Notes under the pieces: generated by a model
Told to the model about the DNA's origin: nothing
Seen by the model: only the letters and a program-made list of their open reading frames with translations
Databases searched by the model: none
Shown here: one piece after another, positions 41,901 through 57,370 of the stretch
Layout: each line of letters opens with the position of its first letter
How positions within the stretch are numbered: the stretch's first letter is position 1
Origin: Lingula anatina
Lineage: Eukaryota; Animalia; Brachiopoda
NCBI GenBank assembly: GCA_051362555.1
Contig: CM120641.1
Location: 22,819,901-22,883,900, forward strand
Direction of reading: 5' to 3'
Length of the DNA stretch: 64,000 nucleotides
Position numbers and translations under genes: made by a program

Positions 41901-44900
41901 ACAGGATTTGGAGAGGGGGGGGGTGGAGAGAGTTTTTGCTCTATTTCTTCCTTAATAATGATACAACCACTCTTCCAGTACTTTATCCTCACTACAAATG
42001 ACCAAACACACCTACCTGACACAATATTGAAGAAAAAAATTTTTCATCCCTACCTGGCCAAAATTGAAGAAAACTGCCATATCCGGACCTTACGAAAATC
42101 ACTCAAAATCACCCAAAAATGACCCGTCAAAAATTTTTCCAAAAAGTGATGAAAATCAATTTACCACACCTGACATTCATAAAAAATGTGGAAACGCGCC
42201 CGGGTCACTTCATTAAAGCCCCCAATTTCAGCTTTAAAGATTGCCAGAAAGCACACCTGAGAACAGGATTTGGAGAGGGGGGGGTGGAGAGAGTTTTTGC
42301 TCTATTTCTTCCTTAATAATGATACAACCACTCTTCCAGTACTTTATCCTCACTACAAATGACCAAACACACCTACCTGACACAATATTGAAGAAAAAAA
42401 TTTTTCATCCCTACCTGGCCAAAATTGAAGAAAACTGCCATATCCGGACCTTACGAAAATCACTCAAAATCACCCAAAAATGACCCGTCAAAAATTTTTC
42501 CAAAAAGTGATGAAAATCAATTTACCACACCTGACATTCATAAAAAATGTGGAAACGCGCCCGGGTCACTTCATTAAAGCCCCCAATTTCAGCTTTAAAG
42601 ATTGCCAGAAAGCACACCTGAGAACAGGATTTGGAGAGGGGGGGGTGGAGAGAGTTTTTGCTCTATTTCTTCCTTAATGATACAACCACTCTTCCAGTAC
42701 TTTATCCTCACTACAAATGACCAAACACACCTACCTGACACAATATTGAAGAAAAAAATTTTTCATCCCTACCTGGCCAAAATTGAAGAAAACTGCCATA
42801 TCCGGACCTTACGAAAATCACTCAAAATCACCCAAAAATGACCCGTCAAAAATTTTTCCAAAAAGTGATGAAAATCAATTTACCACACCTGACATTCATA
42901 AAAAATGTGGAAACGCGCCCGGGTCACTTCATTAAAGCCCCCAATTTCAGCTTTAAAGATTGCCAGAAAGCACACCTGAGAACAGGATTTGGAGAGGGGG
43001 GGGTGGAGAAAGTTTTTGCTCTATTTCTTCCTTAATAATGATACAACCACTCTTCCAGTACTTTATCCTCACTACAAATGACCAAACACACCTACCTGAC
43101 ACAATATTGAAGAAAAAAATTTTTCATCCCTACCTGGCCAAAATTGAAGAAAACTGCCATATCCGGACCTTACGAAAATCACTCAAAATCACCCAAAAAT
43201 GACCCGTCAAAAATTTTTCCAAAAAGTGATGAAAATCAATTTACCACACCTGACATTCATAAAAAATGTGGAAACGCGCCCGGGTCACTTCATTAAAGCC
43301 CCCAATTTCAGCTTTAAAGATTGCCAGAAAGCACACCTGAGAACAGGATTTGGAGAGGGGGGGGTGGAGAGAGTTTTTGCTCTATTTCTTCCTTAATAAT
43401 GATACAACCACTCTTCCAGTACTTTATCCTCACTACAAACGACCAAACACACCTACCTGACACAATATTGAAGAAAAAAATTTTTCATCCCTACCTGGCC
43501 AAAATTGAAGAAAACTGCCATATCCGGACCTTACGAAAATCACTCAAAATCACCCAAAAATGACCCGTCAAAAATTTTTCCAAAAAGTGATGAAAATCAA
43601 TTTACCACACCTGACATTCATAAAAAATGTGGAAACGCGCCCGGGTCACTTCATTAAAGCCCCCAATTTCAGCTTTAAAGATTGCCAGAAAGCACACCTG
43701 AGAACAGGATTTGGAGAGGGGGGGGGGTGGAGAGAGTTTTTGCTCTATTTCTTCCTTAATAATGATACAACCACTCTTCCAGTACTTTATCCTCACTACA
43801 AATGACCAAACACACCTACCTGACACAATATTGAAGAAAAAAATTTTTCATCCCTACCTGGCCAAAATTGAAGAAAACTGCCATATCCGGACCTTACGAA
43901 AATCACTCAAAATCACCCAAAAATGACCCGTCAAAAATTTTTCCAAAAAGTGATGAAAATCAATTTACCACACCTGACATTCATAAAAAATGTGGAAACG
44001 CGCCCGGGTCACTTCATTAAAGCCCCCAATTTCAGCTTTAAAGATTTCCAGAAAGCACACCTGAGAACAGGATTTGGAGAGGGGGGGGGGGTGGAGAGAG
44101 TTTTTGCTCTATTTCTTCCTTAATAATGATACAACCACTCTTCCAGTACTTTATCCTCACTACAAATGACCAAACACACCTACCTGACACAATATTGAAG
44201 AAAAAAATTTTTCATCCCTACCTGGCCAAAATTGAAGAAAACTGCCATATCCGGACCTTACGAAAATCACTCAAAATCACCCAAAAATGACCCGTCAAAA
44301 ATTTTTCCAAAAAGTGATGAAAATCAATTTACCACACCTGACATTCATAAAAAATGTGGAAACGCGCCCGGGTCACTTCATTAAAGCCCCCAATTTCAGC
44401 TTTAAAGATTGCCAGAAAGCACACCTGAGAACAGGATTTGGAGAGGGGGGGGGTGGAGAGAGTTTTTGCTCTATTTCTTCCTTAATAATGATACAACCAC
44501 TCTTCCAGTACTTTATCCTCACTACAAATGACCAAACACACCTACCTGACACAATATTGAAGAAAAAAATTTTTCATCCCTACCTGGCCAAAATTGAAGA
44601 AAACTGCCATATCCGGACCTTACGAAAATCACTCAAAATCACCCAAAAATGACCCGTCAAAAATTTTTCCAAAAAGTGATGAAAATCAATTTACCACACC
44701 TGACATTCATAAAAAATGTGGAAACGCGCCCGGGTCACTTCATTAAAGCCCCCAATTTCAGCTTTAAAGATTGCCAGAAAGCACACCTGAGAACAGGATT
44801 TGGAGAGGGGGGGGTGGAGAGAGTTTTTGCTCTATTTCTTCCTTAATAATGATACAACCACTCTTCCAGTACTTTATCCTCACTACAAATGACCAAACAC

Positions 44901-47900
44901 ACCTACCTGACACAATATTGAAGAAAAAAATTCTTCATCCCTACCTGGCCAAAATTGAAGAAAACTGCCATATCCGGACCTTACGAAAATCACTCAAAAT
45001 CACCCAAAAATGACCCGTCAAAAATTTTTCCAAAAAGTGATGAAAATCAATTTACCACACCTGACATTCATAAAAAATGTGGAAACGCGCCCGGGTCACT
45101 TCATTAAAGCCCCCAATTTCAGCTTTAAAGATTGCCAGAAAGCACACCTGAGAACAGGATTTGGAGAGGGGGGGGGGGTGGAGAGAGTTTTTGCTCTATT
45201 TCTTCCTTAATAATGATACAACCACTCTTCCAGTACTTTATCCTCACTACAAATGACCAAACACACCTACCTGACACAATATTGAAGAAAAAAATTTTTC
45301 ATCCCTACCTGGCCAAAATTGAAGAAAACTGCCATATCCGGACCTTACGAAAATCACTCAAAATCACCCAAAAATGACCCGTCAAAAATTTTTCCAAAAA
45401 GTGATGAAAATCAATTTACCACACCTGACATTCATAAAAAATGTGGAAACGCGCCCGGGTCACTTCATTAAAGCCCCCAATTTCAGCTTTAAAGATTGCC
45501 AGAAAGCACACCTGAGAACAGGATTTGGAGAGGGGGGGGGTGGAGAGAGTTTTTGCTCTATTTCTTCCTTAATAATGATACAACCACTCTTCCAGTACTT
45601 TATCCTCACTACAAATGACCAAACACACCTACCTGACACAATATTGAAGAAAAAAATTTTTCATCCCTACCTGGCCAAAATTGAAGAAAACTGCCATATC
45701 CGGACCTTACGAAAATCACTCAAAATCACCCAAAAATGACCCGTCAAAAATTTTTCCAAAAAGTGATGAAAATCAATTTACCACACCTGACATTCATAAA
45801 AAATGTGGAAACGCGCCCGGGTCACTTCATTAAAGCCCCCAATTTCAGCTTTAAAGATTGCCAGAAAGCACACCTGAGAACAGGATTTGGAGAGGGGGGG
45901 GTGGAGAGAGTTTTTGCTCTATTTCTTCCTTAATAATGATACAACCACTCTTCCAGTACTTTATCCTCACTACAAATGACCAAACACACCTACCTGACAC
46001 AATATTGAAGAAAAAATTCTTCATCCCTACCTGGCCAAAATTGAAGAAAACTGCCATATCCGGACCTTACGAAAATCACTCAAAATCACCCAAAAATGAC
46101 CCGTCAAAAATTTTTCCAAAAAGTGATGAAAATCAATTTACCACACCTGACATTCATAAAAAATGTGGAAACGCGCCCGGGTCACTTCATTAAAGCCCCC
46201 AATTTCAGCTTTAAAGATTGCCAGAAAGCACACCTGAGAACAGGATTTGGAGAGGGGGGGGGTGGAGAGAGTTTTTGCTCTATTTCTTCCTTAATAATGA
46301 TACAACCACTCTTCCAGTACTTTATCCTCACTACAAATGACCAAACACACCTACCTGACACAATATTGAAGAAAAAAATTTTTCATCCCTACCTGGCCAA
46401 AATTGAAGAAAACTGCCATATCCGGACCTTACGAAAATCACTCAAAATCACCCAAAAATGACCCGTCAAAAATTTTTCCAAAAAGTGATGAAAATCAATT
46501 TACCACACCTGACATTCATAAAAAATGTGGAAACGCGCCCGGGTCACTTCATTAAAGCCCCCAATTTCAGCTTTAAAGATTGCCAGAAAGCACACCTGAG
46601 AACAGGATTTGGAGAGGGGGGGGGGTGGAGAGAGTTTTTGCTCTATTTCTTCCTTAATAATGATACAACCACTCTTCCAGTACTTTATCCTCACTACAAA
46701 TGACCAAACACACCTACCTGACACAATATTGAAGAAAAAAATTTTTCATCCCTACCTGGCCAAAATTGAAGAAAACTGCCATATCCGGACCTTACGAAAA
46801 TCACTCAAAATCACCCAAAAATGACCCGTCAAAAATTTTTCCAAAAAGTGATGAAAATCAATTTACCACACCTGACATTCATAAAAAATGTGGAAACGCG
46901 CCCGGGTCACTTCATTAAAGCCCCCAATTTCAGCTTTAAAGATTGCCAGAAAGCACACCTGAGAACAGGATTTGGAGAGGGGGGGGGGGGTGGAGAGAGT
47001 TTTTGCTCTATTTCTTCCTTAATAATGATACAACCACTCTTCCAGTACTTTATCCTCACTACAAATGACCAAACACACCTACCTGACACAATATTGAAGA
47101 AAAAAATTTTTCATCCCTACCTGGCCAAAATTGAAGAAAACTGCCATATCCGGACCTTACGAAAATCACTCAAAATCACCCAAAAATGACCCGTCAAAAA
47201 TTTTTCCAAAAAGTGATGAAAATCAATTTACCACACCTGACATTCATAAAAAATGTGGAAACGCGCCCGGGTCACTTCATTAAAGCCCCCAATTTCAGCT
47301 TTAAAGATTGCCAGAAAGCACACCTGAGAACAGGATTTGGAGAGGGGGGGGGTGGAGAGAGTTTTTGCTCTATTTCTTCCTTAATAATGATACAACCACT
47401 CTTCCAGTACTTTATCCTCACTACAAATGACCAAACACACCTACCTGACACAATATTGAAGAAAAAAATTTTTCATCCCTACCTGGCCAAAATTGAAGAA
47501 AACTGCCATATCCGGACCTTACGAAAATCACTCAAAATCACCCAAAAATGACCCGTCAAAAATTTTTCCAAAAAGTGATGAAAATCAATTTACCACACCT
47601 GACATTCATAAAAAATGTGGAAACGCGCCCGGGTCACTTCATTAAAGCCCCCAATTTCAGCTTTAAAGATTGCCAGAAAGCACACCTGAGAACAGGATTT
47701 GGAGAGGGGGGGGGTGGAGAGAGTTTTTGCTCTATTTCTTCCTTAATAATGATACAACCACTCTTCCAGTACTTTATCCTCACTACAAATGACCAAACAC
47801 ACCTACCTGACACAATATTGAAGAAAAAAATTTTTCATCCCTACCTGGCCAAAATTGAAGAAAACTGCCATATCCGGACCTTACGAAAATCACTCAAAAT

Positions 47901-50900
47901 CACCCAAAAATGACCCGTCAAAAATTTTTCCAAAAAGTGATGAAAATCAATTTACCACACCTGACATTCATAAAAAATGTGGAAACGCGCCCGGGTCACT
48001 TCATTAAAGCCCCCAATTTCAGCTTTAAAGATTGCCAGAAAGCACACCTGAGAACAGGATTTGGAGAGGGGGGGGGTGGAGAGAGTTTTTGCTCTATTTC
48101 TTCCTTAATAATGATACAACCACTCTTCCAGTACTTTATCCTCACTACAAATGACCAAACACACCTACCTGACACAATATTGAAGAAAAAAATTTTTCAT
48201 CCCTACCTGGCCAAAATTGAAGAAAACTGCCATATCCGGACCTTACGAAAATCACTCAAAATCACCCAAAAATGACCCGTCAAAAATTTTTCCAAAAAGT
48301 GATGAAAATCAATTTACCACACCTGACATTCATAAAAAATGTGGAAACGCGCCCGGGTCACTTCATTAAAGCCCCCAATTTCAGCTTTAAAGATTGCCAG
48401 AAAGCACACCTGAGAACAGGATTTGGAGAGGGGGGGTGGAGAGAGTTTTTGCTCTATTTCTTCCTTAATAATGATACAACCACTCTTCCAGTACTTTATC
48501 CTCACTACAAATGACCAAACACACCTACCTGACACAATATTGAAGAAAAAAATTTTTCATCCTTACCTGGCCAAAATTGAAGAAAACTGCCATATCCGGA
48601 CCTTACGAAAATCACTCAAAATCACCCAAAAATGACCCGTCAAAAATTTTTCCAAAAAGTGATGAAAATCAATTTACCACACCTGACATTCATAAAAAAT
48701 GTGGAAACGCGCCCGGGTCACTTCATTAAAGCCCCCAATTTCAGCTTTAAAGATTGCCAGAAAGCACACCTGAGAACAGGATTTGGAGAGGGGGGGGTGG
48801 AGAGAGTTTTTGCTCTATTTCTTCCTTAATAATGATACAACCACTCTTCCAGTACTTTATCCTCACTACAAATGACCAAACACACCTACCTGACACAATA
48901 TTGAAGAAAAAAATTTTTCATCCCTACCTGGCCAAAATTGAAGAAAACTGCCATATCCGGACCTTACGAAAATCACTCAAAATCACCCAAAAATGACCCG
49001 TCAAAAATTTTTCCAAAAAGTGATGAAAATCAATTTACCACACCTGACATTCATAAAAAATGTGGAAACGCGCCCGGGTCACTTCATTAAAGCCCCCAAT
49101 TTCAGCTTTAAAGATTGCCAGAAAGCACACCTGAGAACAGGATTTGGAGAGGGGGGGGTGGAGAGAGTTTTTGCTCTATTTCTTCCTTAATAATGATACA
49201 ACCACTCTTCCAGTACTTTATCCTCACTACAAATGACCAAACACACCTACCTGACACAATATTGAAGAAAAAAATTTTTCATCCCTACCTGGCCAAAATT
49301 GAAGAAAACTGCCATATCCGGACCTTACGAAAATCACTCAAAATCACCCAAAAATGACCCGTCAAAAATTTTTCCAAAAAGTGATGAAAATCAATTTACC
49401 ACACCTGACATTCATAAAAAATGTGGAAACGCGCCCGGGTCACTTCATTAAAGCCCCCAATTTCAGCTTTAAAGATTGCCAGAAAGCACACCTGAGAACA
49501 GGATTTGGAGAGGGGGGGGTGGAGAGAGTTTTTGCTCTATTTCTTCCTTAATAATGATACAACCACTCTTCCAGTACTTTATCCTCACTACAAATGACCA
49601 AACACACCTACCTGACACAATATTGAAGAAAAAAATTTTTCATCCCTACCTGGCCAAAATTGAAGAAAACTGCCATATCCGGACCTTACGAAAATCACTC
49701 AAAATCACCCAAAAATGACCCGTCAAAAATTTTTCCAAAAAGTGATGAAAATCAATTTACCACACCTGACATTCATAAAAAATGTGGAAACGCGCCCGGG
49801 TCACTTCATTAAAGCCCCCAATTTCAGCTTTAAAGATTGCCAGAAAGCACACCTGAGAACAGGATTTGGAGAGGGGGGGGTGGAGAGAGTTTTTGCTCTA
49901 TTTCTTCCTTAATAATGATACAACCACTCTTCCAGTACTTTATCCTCACTACAAATGACCAAACACACCTACCTGACACAATATTGAAGAAAAAAATTTT
50001 TCATCCCTACCTGGCCAAAATTGAAGAAAACTGCCATATCCGGACCTTACGAAAATCACTCAAAATCACCCAAAAATGACCCGTCAAAAATTTTTCCAAA
50101 AAGTGATGAAAAATCAATTTACCACACCTGACATTCATAAAAAATGTGGAAACGCGCCCGGGTCACTTCATTAAAGCCCCCAATTTCAGCTTTAAAGATT
50201 GCCAGAAAGCACACCTGAGAACAGGATTTGGAGAGGGGGGGGTGGAGAGAGTTTTTGCTCTATTTCTTCCTTAATAATGATACAACCACTCTTCCAGTAC
50301 TTTATCCTCACTACAAATGACCAAACACACCTACCTGACACAATATTGAAGAAAAAAATTTTTCATCCCTACCTGGCCAAAATTGAAGAAAACTGCCATA
50401 TCCGGACCTTACGAAAATCACTCAAAATCACCCAAAAATGACCCGTCAAAAATTTTTCCAAAAAGTGATGAAAATCAATTTACCACACCTGACATTCATA
50501 AAAAATGTGGAAACGCGCCCGGGTCACTTCATTAAAGCCCCCAATTTCAGCTTTAAAGATTGCCAGAAAGCACACCTGAGAACAGGATTTGGAGAGGGGG
50601 GGGTGGAGAGAGTTTTTGCTCTATTTCTTCCTTAATAATGATACAACCACTCTTCCAGTACTTTATCCTCACTACAAATGACCAAACACACCTACCTGAC
50701 ACAATATTGAAGAAAAAAATTTTTCATCCCTACCTGGCCAAAATTGAAGAAAACTGCCATATCCGGACCTTACGAAAATCACTCAAAATCACCCAAAAAT
50801 GACCCGTCAAAAATTTTTCCAAAAAGTGATGAAAATCAATTTACCACACCTGACATTCATAAAAAATGTGGAAACGCGCCCGGGTCACTTCATTAAAGCC

Positions 50901-52900
50901 CCCAATTTCAGCTTTAAAGATTGCCAGAAAGCACACCTGAGAACAGGATTTGGAGAGGGGGGGGTGGAGAGAGTTTTTGCTCTATTTCTTCCTTAATAAT
51001 GATACAACCACTCTTCCAGTACTTTATCCTCACTACAAATGACCAAACACACCTACCTGACACAATATTGAAGAAAAAAATTTTTCATCCCTACCTGGCC
51101 AAAATTGAAGAAAACTGCCATATCCAGACCTTACGAAAATCACTCAAAATCACCCAAAAATGACCCGTCAAAAATTTTTCCAAAAAGTGATGAAAATCAA
51201 TTTACCACACCTGACATTCATAAAAAATGTGGAAACGCGCCCGGGTCACTTCATTAAAGCCCCCAATTTCAGCTTTAAAGATTGCCAGAAAGCACACCTG
51301 AGAACAGGATTTGGAGAGGGGGGGGTGGAGAGAGTTTTTGCTCTATTTCTTCCTTAATAATGATACAACCACTCTTCCAGTACTTTATCCTCACTACAAA
51401 TGACCAAACACACCTACCTGACACAATATTGAAGAAAAAAATTTTTCATCCCTACCTGGCCAAAATTGAAGAAAACTGCCATATCCGGACCTTACGAAAA
51501 TCACTCAAAATCACCCAAAAATGACCCGTCAAAAATTTTTCCAAAAAGTGATGAAAATCAATTTACCACACCTGACATTCATAAAAAATGTGGAAACGTG
51601 CCCGGGTCACTTCATTAAAGCCCCCAATTTCAGCTTTAAAGATTGCCAGAAAGCACACCTGAGAACAGGATTTGGAGAGGGGGGGGGTTGGAGAGAGTTT
51701 TTGCTCTATTTCTTCCTTAATAATGATACAACCACTCTTCCAGTACTTTATCCTCACTACAAATGACCAAACACACCTACCTGACACAATATTGAAGAAA
51801 AAAATTTTTCATCCCTACCTGGCCAAAATTGAAGAAAACTGCCATATCCGGACCTTACGAAAATCACTCAAAATCACCCAAAAATGACCCGTCAAAAATT
51901 TTTCCAAAAAGTGATGAAAATCAATTTACCACACCTGACATTCATAAAAAATGTGGAAACGCGCCCGGGTCACTTCATTAAAGCCCCCAATTTCAGCTTT
52001 AAAGATTGCCAGAAAGCACACCTGAGAACAGGATTTGGAGAGGGGGGGGTGGAGAGAGTTTTTGCTCTATTTCTTCCTTAATAATGATACAACCACTCTT
52101 CCAGTACTTTATCCTCACTACAAATGACCAAACACACCTACCTGACACAATATTGAAGAAAAAAATTTTTCATCCCTACCTGGCCAAAATTGAAGAAAAC
52201 TGCCATATCCGGACCTTACGAAAATCACTCAAAATCACCCAAAAATGACCCGTCAAAAATTTTTCCAAAAAGTGATGAAAATCAATTTACCACACCTGAC
52301 ATTCATAAAAAATGTGGAAACGCGCCCGGGTCACTTCATTAAAGCCCCCAATTTCAGCTTTAAAGATTGCCAGAAAGCACACCTGAGAACAGGATTTGGA
52401 GAGGGGGGGGTGGAGAGAGTTTTTGCTCTATTTCTTCCTTAATAATGATACAACCACTCTTCCAGTACTTTATCCTCACTACAAATGACCAAACACACCT
52501 ACCTGACACAATATTGAAGAAAAAAATTTTTCATCCCTACCTGGCCAAAATTGAAGAAAACTGCCATATCCGGACCTTACGAAAATCACTCAAAATCATC
52601 CAAAAATGACCCGTCAAAAATTTTTCCAAAAAGTGATGAAAATCAATTTACCACACCTGACATTCATAAAAAATGTGGAAACGCGCCCGGGTCACTTCAT
52701 TAAAGCCCCCAATTTCAGCTTTAAAGATTGCCAGAAAGCACACCTGAGAACAGGATTTGGAGAGGGGGGGGTGGAGAGAGTTTTTGCTCTATTTCTTCCT
52801 TAATAATGATACAACCACTCTTCCAGTACTTTATCCTCACTACAAATGACCAAACACACCTACCTGACACAATATTGAAGAAAAAAATTTTTCATCCCTA

Positions 52901-53509
52901 GACTTGCCCTTCAAGAAATCGACGGAAAATAGCTCTTTTTCAAATTTGAATGGGCACTGTAGAAAACATATAACAGCTAAAGCTCTCAAATTAAGCACAT
53001 ATGTGTGATATCATGTGAATAATAAGTTCTGTAAATTTCAATCCAAGCAGTTGAGTACATTTTGAGACAGAACGCTTTAAATGTGCAGCAAACCGTAACG
53101 CTTATCCCTTCAAGATCTCGACGAAAACCGGAAGTGCGTCATGACGTCACTCGCTTCTACTTGGAAAGCTGCTGGGTTATTTTCCGATGAGAAATATTTC
53201 GTGGCTCATACAAATGTTCGGAAAATGACCATGCAGATAAAAGAAAATTCACTAATCAAAATTGAAACTGCGTAATTACATAGGAAAACATTGTGCATTC
53301 CTGACCTCGACTTGTCAGTGTAAACAAAGTGTACTGAACGCATCGCAAGCAAGCACGTGAATGCCGCGTTTGATACTTTGTATCAGACGCTTCGTTTTAC
53401 TTGACAACACAGTGTTTACGATGGGCATGACAGGAAAAACAGTGCAAAAAACACGCACTTCCGGTTTTCGTCGATTTCTTGAAGGCGTCGATTTCTTGAA
53501 GGGCGAGTC
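52901..53509. mobile_element. 609-bp MITE-like element, copy 3
   Basis: Same sequence, TIRs, TA duplication, orientation and monomer position as copy 1 (offset +20372). Confidence 0.92.
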
Positions 53510-56500
53510 TACCTGGCCAAAATTGAAGAAAACTGCCATATCCGGACCTTACGAAAATCACTCAAAATCACCCAAAAATGACCCGTCAAAAATTTTTCCA
53601 AAAAGTGATGAAAATCAATTTACCACACCTGACATTCATAAAAAATGTGGAAACGCGCCCAGGTCACTTCATTAAAGCCCCCAATTTCAGCTTTAAAGAT
53701 TGCCAGAAAGCACACCTGAGAACAGGATTTGGAGAGGGGGGGGGTGGAGAGAGTTTTTGCTCTATTTCTTCCTTAATAATGATACAACCACTCTTCCAGT
53801 ACTTTATCCTCACTACAAATGACCAAACACACCTACCTGACACAATATTGAAGAAAAAAATTTTTCATCCCTACCTGGCCAAAATTGAAGAAAACTGCCA
53901 TATCCGGACCTTACGAAAATCACTCAAAATCACCCAAAAATGACCCGTCAAAAAATTTTCCAAAAAGTGATGAAAATCAATTTACCACACCTGACATTCA
54001 TAAAAAATGTGGAAACGCGCCCGGGTCACTTCATTAAAGCCCCCAATTTCAGCTTTAAAGATTGCCAGAAAGCACACCTGAGAACAGGATTTGGAGAGGG
54101 GGGGGTGGAGAGAGTTTTTGCTCTATTTCTTCCTTAATAATGATACAACCACTCTTCCAGTACTTTATCCTCACTACAAATGACCAAACACACCTACCTG
54201 ACACAATATTGAAGAAAAAAATTTTTCATCCCTACCTGGCCAAAATTGAAGAAAACTGCCATATCCGGACCTTACGAAAATCACTCAAAATCACCCAAAA
54301 ATGACCCGTCAAAAATTTTTCCAAAAAGTGATGAAAATCAATTTACCACACCTGACATTCATAAAAAATGTGGAAACGCGCCCGGGTCACTTCATTAAAG
54401 CCCCCAATTTCAGCTTTAAAGATTGCCAGAAAGCACACCTGAGAACAGGATTTGGAGAGGGGGGGGTGGAGAGAGTTTTTGCTCTATTTCTTCCTTAATA
54501 ATGATACAACCACTCTTCCAGTACTTTATCCTCACTACAAATGACCAAACACACCTACCTGACACAATATTGAAGAAAAAAATTTTTCATCCCTACCTGG
54601 CCAAAATTGAAGAAAACTGCCATATCCGGACCTTACGAAAATCACTCAAAATCACCCAAAAATGACCCGTCAAAAATTTTTCCAAAAAGTGATGAAAATC
54701 AATTTACCACACCTGACATTCATAAAAAATGTGGAAACGCGCCCGGGTCACTTCATTAAAGCCCCCAATTTCAGCTTTAAAGATTGCCAGAAAGCACACC
54801 TGAGAACAGGATTTGGAGAGGGGGGGGTGGAGAGAGTTTTTGCTCTATTTCTTCCTTAATAATGATACAACCACTCTTCCAGTACTTTATCCTCACTACA
54901 AATGACCAAACACACCTACCTGACACAATATTGAAGAAAAAAATTTTCCATCCCTACCTGGCCAAAATTGAAGAAAACTGCCATATCCGGACCTTACGAA
55001 AATCACTCAAAATCACCCAAAAATGACCCGTCAAAAATTTTTCCAAAAAGTGATGAAAATCAATTTACCACACCTGACATTCATAAAAAATGTGGAAACG
55101 CGCCCGGGTCACTTCATTAAAGCCCCCAATTTCAGCTTTAAAGATTGCCAGAAAGCACACCTGAGAACAGGATTTGGAGAGGGGGGGGTGGAGAGAGTTT
55201 TTGCTCTATTTCTTCCTTAATAATGATACAACCACTCTTCCAGTACTTTATCCTCACTACAAATGACCAAACACACCTACCTGACACAATATTGAAGAAA
55301 AAAATTTTTCATCCCTACCTGGCCAAAATTGAAGAAAACTGCCATATCCGGACCTTACGAAAATCACTCAAAATCACCCAAAAATGACCCGTCAAAAATT
55401 TTTCCAAAAAGTGATGAAAATCAATTTACCACACCTGACATTCATAAAAAATGTGGAAACGCGCCCGGGTCACTTCATTAAAGCCCCCAATTTCAGCTTT
55501 AAAGATTGCCAGAAAGCACACCTGAGAACAGGATTTGGAGAGGGGGGGGTGGAGAGAGTTTTTGCTCTATTTCTTCCTTAATAATGATACAACCACTCTT
55601 CCAGTACTTTATCCTCACTACAAATGACCAAACACACCTACCTGACACAATATTGAAGAAAAAAATTTTTCATCCCTACCTGGCCAAAATTGAAGAAAAC
55701 TGCCATATCCGGACCTTACGAAAATCACTCAAAATCACCCAAAAATGACAAGTCAAAAATTTTTCCAAAAAGTGATGAAAATCAATTTACCACACCTGAC
55801 ATTCATAAAAAATGTGGAAACGCGCCCGGGTCACTTCATTAAAGCCCCTAATTTCAGCTTTAAAGATTGCCAGAAAGCACACCTGAGAACAGGATTTGGA
55901 GAGGGGGGGGTGGAGAGAGTTTTTGCTCTATTTCTTCCTTAATAATGATACAACCACTCTTCCAGTACTTTATCCTCACTACAAATGACCAAACACACCT
56001 ACCTGACACAATATTGAAGAAAAAAATTTTTCATCCCTACCTGGCCAAAATTGAAGAAAACTGCCATATCCGGACCTTACGAAAATCACTCAAAATCACC
56101 CAAAAATGACCCGTCAAAAATTTTTCCAAAAAGTGATGAAAATCAATTTACCACACCTGACATTCATAAAAAATGTGGAAACGCGCCCGGGTCACTTCAT
56201 TAAAGCCCCCAATTTCAGCTTTAAAGATTGCCAGAAAGCACACCTGAGAACAGGATTTGGAGAGGGGGGGGTGGAGAGAGTTTTTGCTCTATTTCTTCCT
56301 TAATAATGATACAACCACTCTTCCAGTACTTTATCCTCACTACAAATGACCAAACACACCTACCTGACACAATATTGAAGAAAAAAATTTTTCATCCCTA
56401 CCTGGCCAAAATTGAAGAAAACTGCCATATCCGGACCTTACGAAAATCACTCAAAATCATCCAAAAATGACCCGTCAAAAATTTTTCCAAAAAGTGATGA

Positions 56501-56761
56501 AAATCAATTTACCACACCTGACATTCATAAAAAATGTGGAAACGCGCCCGGGTCACTTCATTAAAGCCCCCAATTTCAGCTTTAAAGATTGCCAGAAAGC
56601 ACACCTGAGAACAGGATTTGGAGAGGGGGGGGTGGAGAGAGTTTTTGCTCTATTTCTTCCTTAATAATGATACAACCACTCTTCCAGTACTTTATCCTCA
56701 CTACAAATGACCAAACACACCTACCTGACACAATATTGAAGAAAAAAATTTTTCATCCCTA

Positions 56762-57370
56762 GACTTGCCCTTCAAGAAATCGACGGAAAATAGCTCTTTT
56801 TCAAATTTGAATGGGCACTGTAGAAAACATATAACAGCTAAAGCTCTCAAATTAAGCACATATGTGTGATATCATGTGAATAATAAGTTCTGTAAATTTC
56901 AATCCAAGCAGTTGAGTACATTTTGAGACAGAACGCTTTAAATGTGCAGCAAACCGTAATGCTTATCCCTTCAAGATCTCGACGAAAACCGGAAGTGCGT
57001 CATGACGTCACTCGCTTCTACTTGGAAAGCTGCTGGGTTATTTTCCGATGAGAAATATTTCGTGGCTCATACAAATGTTCGGAAAATGACCATGCAGATA
57101 AAAGAAAATTCACTAATCAAAATTGAAACTGCGTAATTACATAGGAAAACATTGTGCATTCCTGACCTCGACTTGTCAGTGTAAACAAAGTGTACTGAAC
57201 GCATCGCAAGCAAGCACGTGAATGCCGCGTTTGATACTTTGTATCAGACGCTTCGTTTTACTTGACAACACAGTGTTTACGATGGGCATGACAGGAAAAA
57301 CAGTGCAAAAAACACGCACTTCCGGTTTTCGTCGATTTCTTGAAGGCGTCGATTTCTTGAAGGGCGAGTC
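56762..57370. mobile_element. 609-bp MITE-like element, copy 4
   Basis: Same as copy 1 (offset +24233) except for one C>T I noticed at 56960 (CCGTAACG > CCGTAATG). Confidence 0.92.
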
